Of a stretch of DNA of 64,000 bases, positions 1 through 15,710 are shown in pieces. The notes under the pieces were generated by a model. It was not told where the DNA came from. It ran no database searches and saw only the letters and a program-made list of their open reading frames with translations. The stretch is from NCBI RefSeq assembly GCF_009914755.1, contig NC_060925.1; one strand, given 5' to 3'. The first letter of the stretch is position 1. Each line of letters opens with the position of its first letter. The DNA comes from the human T2T-CHM13v2.0 reference genome, Homo sapiens. The position numbers and the translations under genes were made by a program.

Positions 1-908
1 CCCCTGGTGAAAAATAGATGCAAAAATCATCAAAAAAATACTAGCAAACCAAATTCGACAGTATATTAAAAAGCTCATTCACCATGATCAAGTGAGATTC
101 ATCCAAGTGGTGCAAGGAGGGCTCAACATATGCAAATCAATAAATGTGATACATTCTATTAACAGAGTAAGTACAAAAGCTATGTGAGCATTCAATAGAT
201 ACTCAAAAAGCATTGAATAAAGTTTAACATCCCTTCATGATAAAAACTCTCAACAAATTGGGTATAGAAGGAACATACCTCAACAAGTTAAAGGCCATCT
301 ATTAAAAACCCACATCTACTACACTGAATGGGGAAAATTTAAAGCCTTTTCACTAAGATCTGGAATAAGACAAGGATGCCCACTTTCACCCCTTTTTTTC
401 AACATAGTACTGAAAGTCCTAGCCAGAGCAATCAGGCAAGAGAAAGAAATAAAGGGCATTCGAATTGGAAAGAAAGAAGTCAAATTATCCTTATTTGCAG
501 ATGACATAATCTTATATTTAGAAAAAACAAAATACTCTACCAAAAAACTCTTAGAATTGACAAACCAATTAAGTAAAGTTGCAGAATACAAAGAAATGTA
601 CAAAAATCAGTAGGATTTTTGTAGGCTAACAGGAATCAATATTAAAAAATCAAGAAAGCAATCCTATTTACAATAGCTATTAAAAATCCCTATGAATCAA
701 TTAACCAAAGAAGTGCAGGATCTCCATAAAAGAGAAAGCATACAACAGTAATGAAAAACATTGAGGATACCAAAAAATGGAAAGATACTCCATGTTCATG
801 GATTGGAAGAATTAATATTGTTAGAATGTCTTTACTATCCAAAGCGATCTACAGATTCAAGACAATCCCTATCAAAGTACCAATGACATTCTCACAAAAA
901 TAGAAAAA
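1..908 (+). mobile_element. LINE-1 ORF2 fragment (reverse transcriptase region), degenerate, runs off window start
   Basis: Recognisable L1 ORF2 motifs [39 protein letters not shown] and the RT catalytic LFADD (ttatttgcagatgac, ~491); contains stops and frameshifts. Confidence 0.95.
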
Positions 909-1902
909 GAGATTGGTTCATGTGACACCATTTAACAAATAGTAGCGTAAATTGTCAATTTAAAATTTGAGATGTGAGAACTGCAAAAGGGAGAAAATTA
1001 TTTTCTAACCTATAAATGAAATAGAAATGCTACATTTTACCATGGCATGTCACTAGCACAATTTTCAGTTATTACTACACATAAGCTTTATCAAAAAGTT
1101 TCTCATATTAAATTAACAAATATTTTTTGGTACCTTGGTATAAGGCAGGCACACCAACTTAATTCTGCCAAACATTTAATCCATTTGCCTTCGTCTGCTC
1201 AAGTTGTGTGTGTTTGTGTGTTGTTAAAAAGTGATCTCATTTTAGTTAACTGGATAGAGATTTTATTTCAAAATGCTTATCGTGAGAATTCCGCATTTGA
1301 AATACATATATTTTTCTATTAAGTTAAATGAGCAATCAACTTCCAGACTGAAGTTATTTTTATACATAATAAGTAGTTAGCAATATGACTTGATTTCTAA
1401 AGCCTTGAAAAAGCTGCCTTTTCCTAAACACCTCCCATGTCAAATGCTACCTGAAAGAACCAATATTACAACCTCTTAATTCCTTCCTCCTTCACTTCCC
1501 CACCCCTTCTTTCTCCCTTCTCCTTTCTTTTTCCTCCCACTGTCTCTCCCTCTTCCCTTGTATTCCACTTTTTCTTTTATAAATATTTACTGAATGCCTT
1601 TTATAATCCGGCAACGTAAGAGTTGGGGAGCTCTTTGTATTGTAATAAAGTACATACAGTTCTCTTTCCTAAGAAGCCCAGTGCCTAGTCAGGCAAAAAG
1701 ATGTCTAACAACTTGTAAGAAAGATTGCATTGCCATAATGAAGGTGTGAATAAAGTATTGTAGGGAGCCAGAGAAAGTTTCATAGAAAGGAGACTATTTG
1801 AACTAAATCTTGATTAATAATTAAGCATTAAGGGTGAAAAAGACATTAAGTATTGCCCTCTCAACATGCAAATACTTCTGAGATTTCAAAATTTCAGAAA
1901 AC

Positions 1903-2047
1903 ATTATTATTATTATTATTATTTTTTAGTAGAGACAGAGTCTTGTTTTGTTGACCAGACCGGTCCCAAACTCCTGGGCTCAAGTGGTCCTCCTGCCTTG
2001 ACCTCTCCCAATGCTGAGATTATAGGCATGAGCCACTGTGCCCAGCC
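1903..2047 (-). mobile_element. FLAM / Alu left monomer
   Basis: (ATT)n tail followed by the antisense Alu monomer, ending gagccactgtgcccagcc. Confidence 0.85.
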
Positions 2048-2187
2048 AGAAAACATTTATTATGCACATAATTATCTAAGGTACTATGTCAGAAAATGGG
2101 GCATTAAGAAAAAAATAAGACTTGGTTCTTTTCCTTGAGGATCATAGTTTCCTAGGAGGAAAGAGGTTTCTAAAATATGTATTCTTA

Positions 2188-2494
<307 letters not shown>

Positions 2495-3219
2495 TTAGTA
2501 TATTGCAAGGACAGACACTTTGCTTTTATGGGAGTAGGGGTAGAGGCAGGAAGGTTAGGGGTAGGGTTTCAAACAAAATTAGTTCACGGGAATTGAGCCT
2601 ATAAGATGACAAATGTTACAGAGAGAAAAACTACCAAGTGTTATTCATGCTGAGATGGGTGTTTCTGGGTCCTGGGAATCTCCTCTCACTCAGTTTGCCT
2701 CTAATTCTGTACCTGACAATTCTCACACTGCTGAGACTCCACTGGAGCAGGGCAGAACCAGCCACTTACAGATGAGTTAGATGTAAGATACCTCCAGAGA
2801 CTCCAGACTACGTACAGGTGCCTTCAGAGAGCTGGGAGCTCCTTCTATAGGAGCCAAGCTGACGCAAGACTAGCAACTTTGGTAAAAAGAGCTAGTCATT
2901 ACCCTCTTAATGTGAATTCATTTATGTATTGATTTGCTCCATGTCCTGGGCATCAAAATCCAGGCATTTAGAAAAAGAAGGATCTCTAAAAAGGGGTGAG
3001 CAGTGAGAGAAGACTGTAGAAAGAAGGAAGGAATAATAGAGAAACTTCACCCACTTCTTTGATAAGTAGGACCAGACTCCATGAGCCATTGATTACTTCT
3101 TGTGTCAGACTGGCACATATCAAGGAATTGAGTTTAGGGCCCAGCTGTGACCCCTGCAGGAAAATTTTTATTTGTACTTGGAAAATTATTTGTTTTTTAT
3201 GTTTATTTGCTTTTAAGTA

Positions 3220-3457
3220 CAGTTGTCCCTTGATATATGCAGGGGATTTGTTCCAGGCCCCCATCCATACCAAAATCCTTGCATACTCAAGCCCCACAGT
3301 GGGTCCTGCAGAACCTGAGTATATACAAACAGTTGGCCCTCCATATAGGTAGCTTTTGCATTTCTTTAATACTGGATTTTCAATCTAAGTTTGGTTGAAA
3401 AATCTCAGTATAAGTGGACATACACAGTCCAAATCTGTGTTGTTGAAGAGTCAACTG
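3220..3457 (+). mobile_element. MER8-like Tigger non-autonomous DNA transposon
   Basis: Terminal inverted repeats cagttgtccct...gagtcaactg; internal ggggatttgttccagg..ataccaaaatcc matches the MER8/MER2 family as I recall it. Confidence 0.8.
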
Positions 3458-5471
3458 TTTAATGAAATTGATATGGTATAACTTTAGGGACTTTGATTCT
3501 CAACTACTCTAATGATACAAACTAGGTAATTTAACTCTGTGCACCTGCATTCAAGCTAATTCTTGGCTCTAAACTGTGGAATATAGGAGCACATGTTCTC
3601 AGGATCTCCCGAGGGCTGTGTCACAGAAATTTATATATATATAAAACAAGAAAGCTGGCACCTGAGTACGATAATTAAATTGGCAGAGATATTGAAATAT
3701 GATCCCTGGAGGTTATTGATTATATGGCTCCCAGTAGTCTAATCTTTGGAGTTAAATCAACACATCCTGGTTTTAATGTAGGCCATGAATTGGAGCCTGC
3801 TTCTGCTTCATGACACTTAGAACAATGATTCTAAATATCTTTCAAGTTCACAAAGCTAGAATTTTTGAATTTTTTAATGCTAGATTTCTGTGGCATACTT
3901 AATGGAATTAATTTACCTCCATTCACAAATGATTGCTCTCTTTTGATTTGCTCTAATCTTGCATTGCTGTTTGATTAGAATGCTCATTTCCCTTATCTGG
4001 CTCACTTATATATGCAAGAGGCAAATTACTTCATGTTTCAATAAATAAATAATTATATTTTGGTCTCAGTTTGGGGTTAAGTTGTGTCTGTGTTACTCTT
4101 TTGTAAGCTGGATATTTCCTTATACCATTTTTATGGCCTATTTAGCTCAGAGTTTTGGCTCATAGATGTTGCTGTAATATAGAGCTCTTCAGTTGTAGTG
4201 AAAGTGAAGTTTACACATTAAATAAAATAAGAAACTTTAAGATTTGTGCTACTTTGGCATGTAAAGTCTCACTTATAAACACATTATCTCATTTGTCAGG
4301 TGTTCATTGGCCAAATCAAATGTTTTCATTTGGGGCACTTGAAAGGATAGTATAATGCAGTTTCCCACCTCAAAATATTTTTTTATGTAATAAAGGAGAT
4401 AAGAAAGTTAGCAAAATGAACGTGCTATAAAGGATGGTAAATGAGTCACAAAAATTCATAGGAGAGCAATTTCACTCTTGGGTAGTATCAGGCAGGTGGC
4501 TAGGCCCCTGCCACAGTTGGAGACCTTGAGCACCTTTCCCCATGGCTGGCCTTTACTCACACCAAGGGCTAGATGCCTTTGTACAGGGCACAACCTGCAC
4601 AACTGTACCCTATAGTCTTGGCTTTGGGTAAGTATGACTTTATGTAAACAGCAGTTTTGAGCTGAGCAAAAGGGCTATAAAAACTATCCCTCCTTTTAGT
4701 AATCCAGATGGTGTGTTTATGATACGAAAGAGTAACACTTCAAGCATAGAAAAGACATTATTTACATTTTAGAAAATTAAAAATACTTTTGATAAAAGAA
4801 CATTTTTAAGTAAGAGAAAATTAATGTGTTATTTTGTAAAAAGATGATAAGAGATCAAATTGCAGAGGTAGGATTAGTTCCATCTGATTCACAGAAACAA
4901 CACTGCAATCAAATTCCCATTCGATAGCCACCACTGCTGCCAAAGCAAAGAGAAACCTTTTTCAGCTACCACTATATGAAAGGCTTTGAGAGATGTTCAG
5001 ATTAAAGTAGTATATATTTGAGGACTCAAATATTAGTTAGGAATCTTTCAGATAACAGTTCTGAAATTGTAATTAAATTTGATTAGCACAGAGGAATTTG
5101 TCCTAATGAAAATGAAGTGTCTAGTGGGACCCATGGATAGAAATGCAGGTGCTACTCTGGAATAAATAGAAGGGACTTAAATATCCCAAAGTTATATCAT
5201 CATCTCTCATCTCTGCTCACCTCTGTATATTTATTTTGTTCTCTTTTTGTTTCTAGTTCTCTGATCTAAAGACAAAAAAAAAATCCCCCTTTTCCTCTCC
5301 AACATCTCCTAAAATTTACTTATTACTGTGTCTGCCACTGGAGAGAAATTGGCTTTTATTCTCAGCTCCAGTTTCACAAATTACATGAAAAGGTCTGCTT
5401 GGTTCAGCAGGAGTCCGGCGTCTATCTCTGTGTAAGTAATTATAACCTAAGGGACAGTCATAGCATGTTAA

Positions 5472-5665
5472 TGCAGTGATGTGGTGACAATGTGTAACAG
5501 TTGGCTCTTGGGGTGAGGAGAGAGGAGGTGCACCAATTTGCTAATTTGAGGTGTAAATATTCTCACGATGGCTGATTTCAAGAGACCAGTATGATATCAC
5601 TGAATGTGGAGTTGGAAGAGGTGCTAACAATCAACTTTTGTAAGATAATATGAGGCAGCTCTGAT
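5472..5665 (-). mobile_element. MER63-like hAT DNA transposon fragment
   Basis: ggtgtaaatattctcacgatggctgatttcaag...actgaatgtggagttggaagag is antisense to the MER63 consensus. Confidence 0.7.
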
Positions 5666-6458
5666 AATGGCTGCTCCTGTAGTAACCATGTGGATGAGAG
5701 ATCATTTCTTATGAAAGCAGGATACTTTGGGCAAAGAAATCAATGTGTCTAGCACAGCCTACGTGGTATAATAAATACTATAATTTCCCCTTCATGTGTT
5801 TTTACTCATTTTTAAAACTTAAGGTAATAGCATAATATATGACACAATATTGTTTTAGCTTACTGAATAGACATGTTAACTCTAAAGTTACTTTGAGATT
5901 TAATGCCACATGTGAAAATTGTGAGTTCGATATTTCCTGTTGAATTAAATTGATAAATTAACTCATGAGACTTGAATTATATGTGAAATAAGATGGAGAA
6001 AAATGTGTGTGTGTGTGTTTTTTTAATTACAGGAGTGATTGGAGTGGCACATAACATGGCAGAGCTGTTTCCCAAGAGAAAAATATCAGAACGAGTTCAA
6101 GACAGATGATGTTTCTCAGGCTGTTTGTTACAGGCTACAGGAAAGGACGTGTGTGGGAAACTCGGCTTTGGAAAGGCAAGTGAAGTATGAGGGGCAGAAC
6201 TAGTGAGTTGGCTAAAGACTATATGGCATATAAAATTATCCATCTAACAACTCAATTTTTAATAAAATTAGAAACTTTCATACAGTACAAAAATTACACA
6301 GTTTACTAGTGTGATTGGATTACTTGTGGGGGAAAAAAACTAAATCTGCTGACTTATACTGGGCCATACATGGGCCACAGTCATTGATGCATGGTGTCTG
6401 AGTACAAGCTGGGTTATGAGCAGGTAAAGACCGCAGGGAATGCTGACTTGAGAAAGGG

Positions 6459-6502
6459 CGTGTGTGTGTGTGTGTGTGTGTGTGTGCATGTGTGTGTGTG
6501 TG
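6459..6502 (+). repeat. (TG)n microsatellite
   Basis: Directly visible interrupted TG repeat. Confidence 0.95.
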
Positions 6503-6892
6503 ATTAGTAGAACTCCTGCTATGCAATGTTTCCCATATGAATATTTTAGTAAAATTTATATTATTCACCAATGCTTCATGAAATTGAAGTTTTAAAAAAA
6601 CATGAGAAAGTCAATGAAATGCTATATCCTACTTTTAGCTCAGAATGAAGTGAAATCAGAGAGTTTATAGAAAGATAGCCATATTTGTGTAACATATAGA
6701 AAATCCTTATTTTCTTAGGAATTAAATTAAAAGCAAATGTTAACAAACTAAAGATAAACATGAACATTTCTGTTGATATAAATATTATTTTAACTATTAT
6801 TTAAACACTAATTTTGTATTTGGAAATAATCATAGATTTATGAGAAGTTGCAAAATAGTCATCTCCTGTACACTTCACTCAGCTGCTGTAGT

Positions 6893-7279
6893 GCTATGGT
6901 TTTAGTGTTTTTGTCTTCTCCAAAATTCATGTTGAAACTTAATACCAAATGCAATAGTATTAAGAAGTATGGCCTTTAGGAGGTGATAGAGTCATGAAGC
7001 TGGAACCCTCATGATTGGGATTAGGTGCCTTTATAAAAGGGCTTGAGGTTGAAGAGAGTGCTCTCTTGCCCTTCTGCTTTTCAGCATGTGAGGACACAGG
7101 ACGTGGCAATAGATGCCATTTTAGGAAGAAAAGAGAGCAGCCCTAGCCAGATACCAAACCTGCTGGTGCCTTGATCCTAGATCTCTCAGCCTATAGAACT
7201 GTGAAAAATAAATTTCCATAATTTATAAATTACCCAGTTTGTGGCATTTTGTTATAGCAGCACAAACAGAGGAAGATAT
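6893..7279 (+). mobile_element. MaLR solo LTR (MST/MLT1A-type)
   Basis: tgctatggtt start, caaaattcatgttgaaacttaat, and end ataaattacccag...ttgttatagcagcacaaacag. Confidence 0.85.
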
Positions 7280-7398
7280 ATGGTGACATCCTGTATTGCT
7301 GCAATAAAATAGCAAAACCACGAAACTGGCACTGATACATTACTGCTAACTAGACCATGACCTTATTTAGCTATCACCAGTGTTTAACCTGCATTTAT

Positions 7399-8389
7399 AC
7401 TCATGTGTTGTATAACGATGTTTTGGTCAACAACAGACTACATATATGATGTTGGTCCCGTAAGACTACAATGGAGTAGAAAGATTCCTATTCCTTAGTA
7501 TTTACTTTACTCTATTTTTTATCATTATTTTAGAGTGTACTCCTCATACTTATGAAAACAAGGTTAGCTGTAAGACAGACTCAGGCAGATCTTCAGGAAT
7601 TATTCCAGAATAAGGCATTTTTATCATAGGAAATGATAGCTTCATGCATATTTTTGCCCCTGAAAACCTTCCAGTGAGATAAAATGTGGCGGGTGAAGAA
7701 AGCAATATTGATGATTCTGATCCTTGTAGGCCTAGGCTAATGTGTGCATTTGTGTCTCAGTTTTTAACAAAAAAGTTGAAAAAGTAAAAAATAAAAAATT
7801 TTTAAAATAAAAGAGTATAGAATAAGGATTTAAATATATTTTTACTATATTTATTATACTATACTAAGTTATTACAGAAGAGTCAAAAACTTAAAAAATT
7901 AAAAAGTTTGTAAAGTTAAAAAGTTGCAGTAAGCCAAGGTTAATTTATTATTGAAGAAAGAAAAATTTAAATAAATGCAGTGTAGCCTAAGTGTACAACG
8001 TTTGTAAAATTTGCAGTAGTGTGTGGCAATGCCCTAAGCTTTCACATTCACCCACCACTCACTCACTGAGTCACCCAGGGTGACTTCCAGTCCTGCTAGC
8101 TCCATTCATGGTAAGTGCCCTATACAGGAATACCATTTAAATTTTTTACACCATATTTTTACTGTACCTTTCTGTTTAGATAGGTTTAGATACATATTTA
8201 CCATTGTGCTATAATTGCCTATAGGATTCAGTACAGTAAGGTGCTATAGAGATTTGTAGCCTAGGAGCAATAGGCTGTCCCATGTATCCTAGGTGTGTAG
8301 TAGACTATACCATCTAGGTTTGTATAAGTGCACTCTATGATGTTCACATTTCTCAGAATGTATCCCTGTTGTTAAATGACATATGACTG
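7399..8389 (-). mobile_element. Tigger3 (Golem/MER7)-type DNA transposon
   Basis: End cacatttctcagaatgtatccctgttgttaaatgacatatgactg; internal ggtaagtgccctatacagg and gcctaggagcaataggct. Confidence 0.85.
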
Positions 8390-8397
8390 TGCTTGTC

Positions 8398-8414
8398 TGT
8401 GTGTGTGCCTTTGC

Positions 8415-8448
<34 letters not shown>
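8398..8448 (+). repeat. (TG)n microsatellite
   Basis: Directly visible. Confidence 0.95.
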
Positions 8449-8449
<1 letters not shown>

Positions 8450-8936
8450 TAGTTTGGTGCAACTTAATCCCATGTATAGATTCATGTAATTATCACCACA
8501 ATCAAATACCAAACTGTCCCATCAGCCTAAGAACTCCATCATGCTATTTTTTTATATTTACACTCTCTGATCCCTGGCAACCACTAATTTGTTCTCCATT
8601 GTCATTTTGAGAATGTTTATAAATGGAGTTGTACAGAATGTAACCTTTTGAAATTGACATTTTTTGTTTTCACTCAGCATACTGCCCTCTAAAACCTTCT
8701 GGGTTGTTACATGTAACAACAGTTTATTCTTTTTTATTGTTGAGTAATATTCCATGGTTCAATTATTTACCCATTGAAAGACATTTGGATTTCCAGTATT
8801 TGCTCTTACAAATAAAGCTGTTACGAACATTCATGTACAGGTTTCTATGTGCACATAAAGTTTCCACTCAAACCTTATTTTTAAGCTCCAAAATATTAAA
8901 CATTATTTTCCTTAAAAGTTTTCTGACCAAGCTAGC

Positions 8937-10135
<1,199 letters not shown>

Positions 10136-11064
10136 ACTCCATTAGTAGTAAGTTCTATATGCTGAAGCCTTGTCAGGATTGCAGTTGGTAACTTGAACCA
10201 TTGCATCAATACAGCCTATTAAAGAATATATTTTTACTGAATATGTGATGTACTGTTCTGTGTGACTCAGGCTGTTTTTTAATCAACAGTGTTCACTTTA
10301 TGCCTCATCTTTCATCAATAATGAAAGTAAGTGATAAAAAAGAGGCTCCTGGTGACAATTCTATTTCCTTCAAGTCTATCAGGAATAAATTGAATTATGT
10401 CTGCAGAAAGCCTTCTACAAAGAGATGACTGTCATTTTACTTTTAAATTTCTCTTTGGATGCAGGTACAAACCTGGAAGATTTGAAATTGATGGGGGTTA
10501 TTACTGATATATTTCAGATAGACAGTGTCGCATCCTCAGGTCACACCGAGGAGAGAAACTGCCCAAGCCCCAGAGGTCCTTTGCCCTACTCTGAATCCAG
10601 TCCTTATGTAGGTGATGCTAGGATTAGAATCACTTCTACTGATTGCAAGAGATTAAGTAAACTGAATAGACAGGAGGCAGTTTTCAGAGTTTAACCCTTT
10701 AATTCTCAGATTTTCAAATCAATAAAACACATTGTTTGAATTGATGGTATTAGTTGCATGAAAGCTGGCTGTTGAAGTGTCATCTGGTCATTTATATCAG
10801 AATATGAGATGGTTTTGAGAGGGAAAATGAATTTGCCCATCTCTCTGCTTCATTGGCTCAGTTCCAAAACAGAGGGGGCACAGCTGGGATGGTTTTTGCT
10901 ATCATCAAAATGAGAGTACATAAGAAATTCTATATACATATATTTCCAAAATAAAATATTATTACAGTTAGCAAATAAAAATATTACAAATAACAAAATG
11001 GCTTTCAACACTCTTACAAGACAATTATTAGCACGTTGCTATTTGAAGGTATAAGTTTTGCAAA

Positions 11065-11250
11065 GAGGCAGACCTAGCACAAATCTTAGCCTTCCCACTT
11101 AAGAGCTGTGAGGTTTTAGGCAAGTAACATCTAACATTTAAAAATCTGTGCTTCAGATCTTTAAAATCTGTAATATGGGATTATCATAGCATTTGCCATG
11201 CAGGGTTGTAAAAATTAAAATGTGATAATTTATATGAAGAGATCAGCAAC
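11065..11250 (+). mobile_element. MIR
   Basis: agctgtgaggttttaggcaagt...tctgtaatatgggg...agggttgta core. Confidence 0.6.
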
Positions 11251-12137
11251 AGCTGTCATTTAAGAGCTCCCAAATGGAACTTACTATTTAGACAAAAAAT
11301 GTCCTCTCTTGTGACTGATTCTGATTTCCAGCTCAACCTGTCTCTGAAATAGTACAGATGACCCAGAAAGAGAGAGAATGTATGTTGGGCTGGTAGGGGA
11401 TGCTTGGTTTAGTTTGGTATTTACTCCAGTTTATTTTACCTTGGAAAACAAGAAGGATTAAGGATTAAGAAGGCTCCAAGTTTTTCTTGTCTGCTTAAAT
11501 TGTTGGAAATGGCAGGAATAAGTTAAGAAGTGAAATAGAAGATGCTAGTTCATCCAGGTTCACTCAGGTATAAACCACTCAAGTAAAGGATCTCAAAAAC
11601 CAGCATCTTCTGCTGTCCATCTTTTCAGGTAAACATTCATACACCATAGGATACCAGCGCTCTTAAGTAAGGTCTCAGTTTTCTTTTGGAAATCTTAGTC
11701 ATCTCTGTGTGGTTAAAGCCTCTGGAGAGCTGGATGATCTAGTTTTGACTCCTTAGCCCTTTGACATAAGGGACTAATTTCTCTGAGTGGTCAATGTGAG
11801 TAGAGGGTGGGGCTTAAGACTTTTTGAATAAATTTATAGATCAGGTTTCAGCAATGCACATCCAGTGGCATACATTTTGAATAGAAAGCCCAAATCTGTA
11901 GTTTATCCTATTCTTCCTTATTAAAACACTGACTTTCTATGACTTTTGTTTCCAGGCTCTGCCTACCCCTGTTTTGGGTACATTACTTGTATGTATAACC
12001 AAATCCCATCAACCTTTTCTCGTCCTTCATCTTTTTTCCTGTTCTACAAAAAAGAAAAGTTGTCGTCAAAGGGAACTCTTGACTAAATCAATTAGAGCAG
12101 TCTATAATGCCAAATCTCAATGAATAATTACCCCCCC

Positions 12138-12428
12138 CTTTTTTTGAGGCAAAGTCTCATTCTGTCGCCCAGGCTGGAGTGCAATGGCATGATCTCAGCT
12201 CACTGCAACCTCTGACTTGCGAGTTCAAGTGATTCTCCTGCCTCAGCTTCCCAAGTAGCTGAGATTACAGGCACATGCCACCACACCTGGCTAATTTTTG
12301 TATTTTTAGTAGGAGATGGGGTTTCACCATGTTGGCCAGGCTGGTCTTGAACTCCTAACTTCAGGTGATCTGCCCGCTTCGGCCTCCCAATGTGCTGGGA
12401 TTACAGGCGTGAGCCACCGTGCCCCGCC
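12138..12428 (-). mobile_element. Full-length Alu (AluS-type)
   Basis: Antisense dimeric Alu. Confidence 0.95.
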
Positions 12429-12563
12429 TTTTTTTTTTTTTTTTTGGAGAGACGGGTTCTTGCCATGTTGCCCAGGCTGGCCTTGAACTCCTGGCCTCAA
12501 GCAGTTCTCCCTATTGGCCTCTCAAAGTGCTGGGGCTACAGGTGTGAGCTACCTTGACCACCT
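12429..12563 (-). mobile_element. FLAM / Alu monomer abutting the previous Alu
   Basis: Poly(T) followed by an antisense left monomer. Confidence 0.85.
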
Positions 12564-13928
12564 GACTCTTTAGAGATTTATTTAGACTATAAATTTTGGC
12601 TGTTTTTATTATTTTTTCTGACACCTACAGTAGTTCTGTGAAGTAGTTATTCTCATCATCCCCATTTCAGAGATATCTTAACTTACAGAATGACTTGCTC
12701 AAGTCTAAAGTCATGTCAACACCCGGAGTGGAACCCATGATATGTGGGCTGTGTGACTCATATCACTAAAAGAGATGGCTTTTGCTGTCACTCAGGAGAC
12801 CAAAGTCCATTGCAGAATGGGGATTATACAGATCCTTGGCTCCCCTCCAAATGGCACAATTCAGGGCAATGAAATTAAATGATATTTAAATCTGTCTATT
12901 TAAGCCTCTTAGAGAAGATGTGATTGATACCAGATAAGGAGTTTATTTATTTTTACTTAATTTTACTCCATGTAGGTTCATACTAGATCTATTGTTGAGA
13001 AGAACTTGAGAAAGGGACATTTTATATAAACAGAAGTAAAGTTCTGATCACTCACATTCTCCATTCTTTCTTCTCCCCAGCTCAGTTCTGGTTCTCATCG
13101 AGTGTTGCTGTCAGGCTGCCTGGAAGCAGGCATAAGAGGTGGAAAGCTGGGCGGCCTTCCAGTGCAAGGGTCTTTTCTGGGTCACTTTCACACATTTTTG
13201 TAAACTGAAATCAGGAATTTTTGTGGTCAAAAGAGAAGACTGGTTACTGTCTTGTCTTCCTTTAGCATCTCTTCAGACAGGCTCAGCATTTTTCATTGGA
13301 CAAGACAGAGATGGAGTAATTAATAATATTTTCTCCTTAGTCATTTGGCCAGGTTTTTTTTTTTAACTGTAAATCCTCTGAGATGTTAAAACATAATTCA
13401 TTGTAAAAATTTTCTTTTATATTGAGACCAGGTCTATCTCTGCTTTGAATGTCTCTATACATTTCCCTAAAAATAGCTAGGATCCTCCAATCCAATAATA
13501 GCTAGCTAGCTGAAGTTCACAAGAAGTGCATTTACATTTTACTTTATGAAGCAGCCAGTGGGTGATAATTTGTATATCTGACCTTTCAATGCCGTTGAAT
13601 TTTTAGAAAACTTTGGCAATTTTATGAGTGTATTAGAATATTTCATGTTATGTCATTTAAGTAAGTTACAAATGAATGACATAAAGTGAGGATTTTAAGA
13701 ACAATGTCCAAAGATGCTGGGACTTATATTTGTCTTAAAAAAAGTCTCTCATCACATTTTAGAGATAGAAAGCAACCAAATAACCTGTCACTTATGCAAG
13801 ATCCGAATCTGTTTCTGGCCATCTCTAGCATTCCAGTAAGCTTGTCTGTTCTTGCCCACTTCCACCCTCTATTAATTAGTATTGCTTTGTAATATACTTT
13901 TTAAATTAACTGGACTGCTGCCTTTTCA

Positions 13929-14240
<312 letters not shown>

Positions 14241-14839
14241 GAACATTAAGGAATTCTGATGAAATAATTAAAGACCTGTACTGCTTTTCAAATTAAATCT
14301 AATTAGCTTTAGATTTCTAAAAACCCAGAGTACAGACTACAGACTACAGACTGAGCTAATCCATATTACCCTTTCTTGGGTCAGGCATAAAAATCCAAAC
14401 TTAGAGAAAAGCCAGTAAGCCATAATCTAGCTAGAATCTTGGTAAGGATTGTACTCACGGTGAGTATGATTAGAAAAGTAGAACACGGGGTTGGCAGGCT
14501 ACAGAATTGTCTCTGGGCAGAAGTTAGAGCCAGAGCAACAGATAAGGCAAACCTGGGGAGTCTGTGAGGCAAGGTTATAGAAAGAGGTTACTTTGGTGAA
14601 GATGTAGTCAGATAACAAATGGCAGCGATAGGTGCAAGTTCGGATAGAAATGTACTGTAAGTACAGACAGTCTAGGAAATGATCAAAGCGGTTATGGTAG
14701 ATAAGGTAGGAAATAAATGGATGCAGTTTGACAGGGCCCTTTGTGTTTCAGATGGCTTCCCTTTTTCCTCACGCGCATATCCAATTCATCAGTAAAAACC
14801 TTCACATCTACTCACATCTCTCTGTTGTTACTACTTCCA

Positions 14840-15200
14840 CATGAATCCCTTCTTCACATAACAGCCAGTAGGGTCATTTTAAAAAATTAGATTATTTCAC
14901 TCCAAAGCTCTGCAAAGTTTTCTCATGGTGCTTAAGCATAAAATCCAAACTTTTCACTTTGGCCTACGTGGCCCTAATGATTTGTCCCTTGACCATTTTT
15001 CCAACTCCATCTATTCCACTCCATACTCACTTAATGTACACTAGCCAAGCTGGAATTGTTTTCTTCATCATACATGCCAATCTTATTTCTGCCTTGGGGA
15101 GTTTGTCTCTTCTCCCTTCCCAGAACCTCTTCTCCCAGGTTTTCTCATGGTTGGTTCCCTCCTGGCATTTTAGACCTAGGCTACTCTCCAGCATTCTAAC
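14840..15200 (+). mobile_element. LINE-2 fragment
   Basis: cagccag..tcattttaaaa...ataaaatccaaac..tggcctac..ggccct motif typical of the L2 3' region. Confidence 0.6.
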
Positions 15201-15529
15201 ACTTTCTTTGTTGACTGCCACTGAGAAGCTGAGGATATACAAGCAAGAGATACTATCTGTTTTCCTGAACTATTTTATGAACTAGTGGGCTTGGTCATAT
15301 GCCGAGAATCATTTTTTGGGAGCATTCAATACAATGGATTTATCAACTCAAAGATTTTCTGGCTTCAATTGTTCTGTTCATGTCCACTGTCCCAATTTCT
15401 CACAGGGCAGCCTTCTATACCTACCTCAATATCTGCCCCAATAGCTAATGCAAGAAATATAATTTGATGTGGAAATGGTACTGAACTCCCAGAAATGCCA
15501 ATCGCAATGCCTGACTCTATGGGAATTAT

Positions 15530-15710
15530 AACAATCATAGCTAACATTTATTGAAAGTTTTCTACTATGTAAGCACTATGCTAAGCACTTTGTATCAATT
15601 GTTTTAATTGATCCTCACAGCAACCTTGTAGAAATAAAACCACTATTATTATGCATATTTCACAAAACAGAAAACTGCCCAAGGTCAAAGACCAGAAATT
15701 CAAACTCTAG
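15530..15710 (-). mobile_element. MIR
   Basis: atagctaacatttattg...gcactatgctaagcacttt...tcctcacagcaacct. Confidence 0.75.

Larger units (their letters stand above)
6810..8870 (-). mobile_element. Old L1 (L1MB/L1MC-type) 3' end, interrupted by a MaLR LTR and a Tigger3 element
   Basis: Antisense L1M 3'UTR-like segments at ~6810-6890, 7280-7397 and 8390-8870 are collinear across the insertions. Confidence 0.65.

Noticed and set aside
3587-3627. Short LTR-like snippet gagcacatgttctcaggatctcccgagggctgtgtcacag followed by an AT-rich run
   Set aside because: Resembles a MER4-group LTR piece, but it is too short and has no clear TSD
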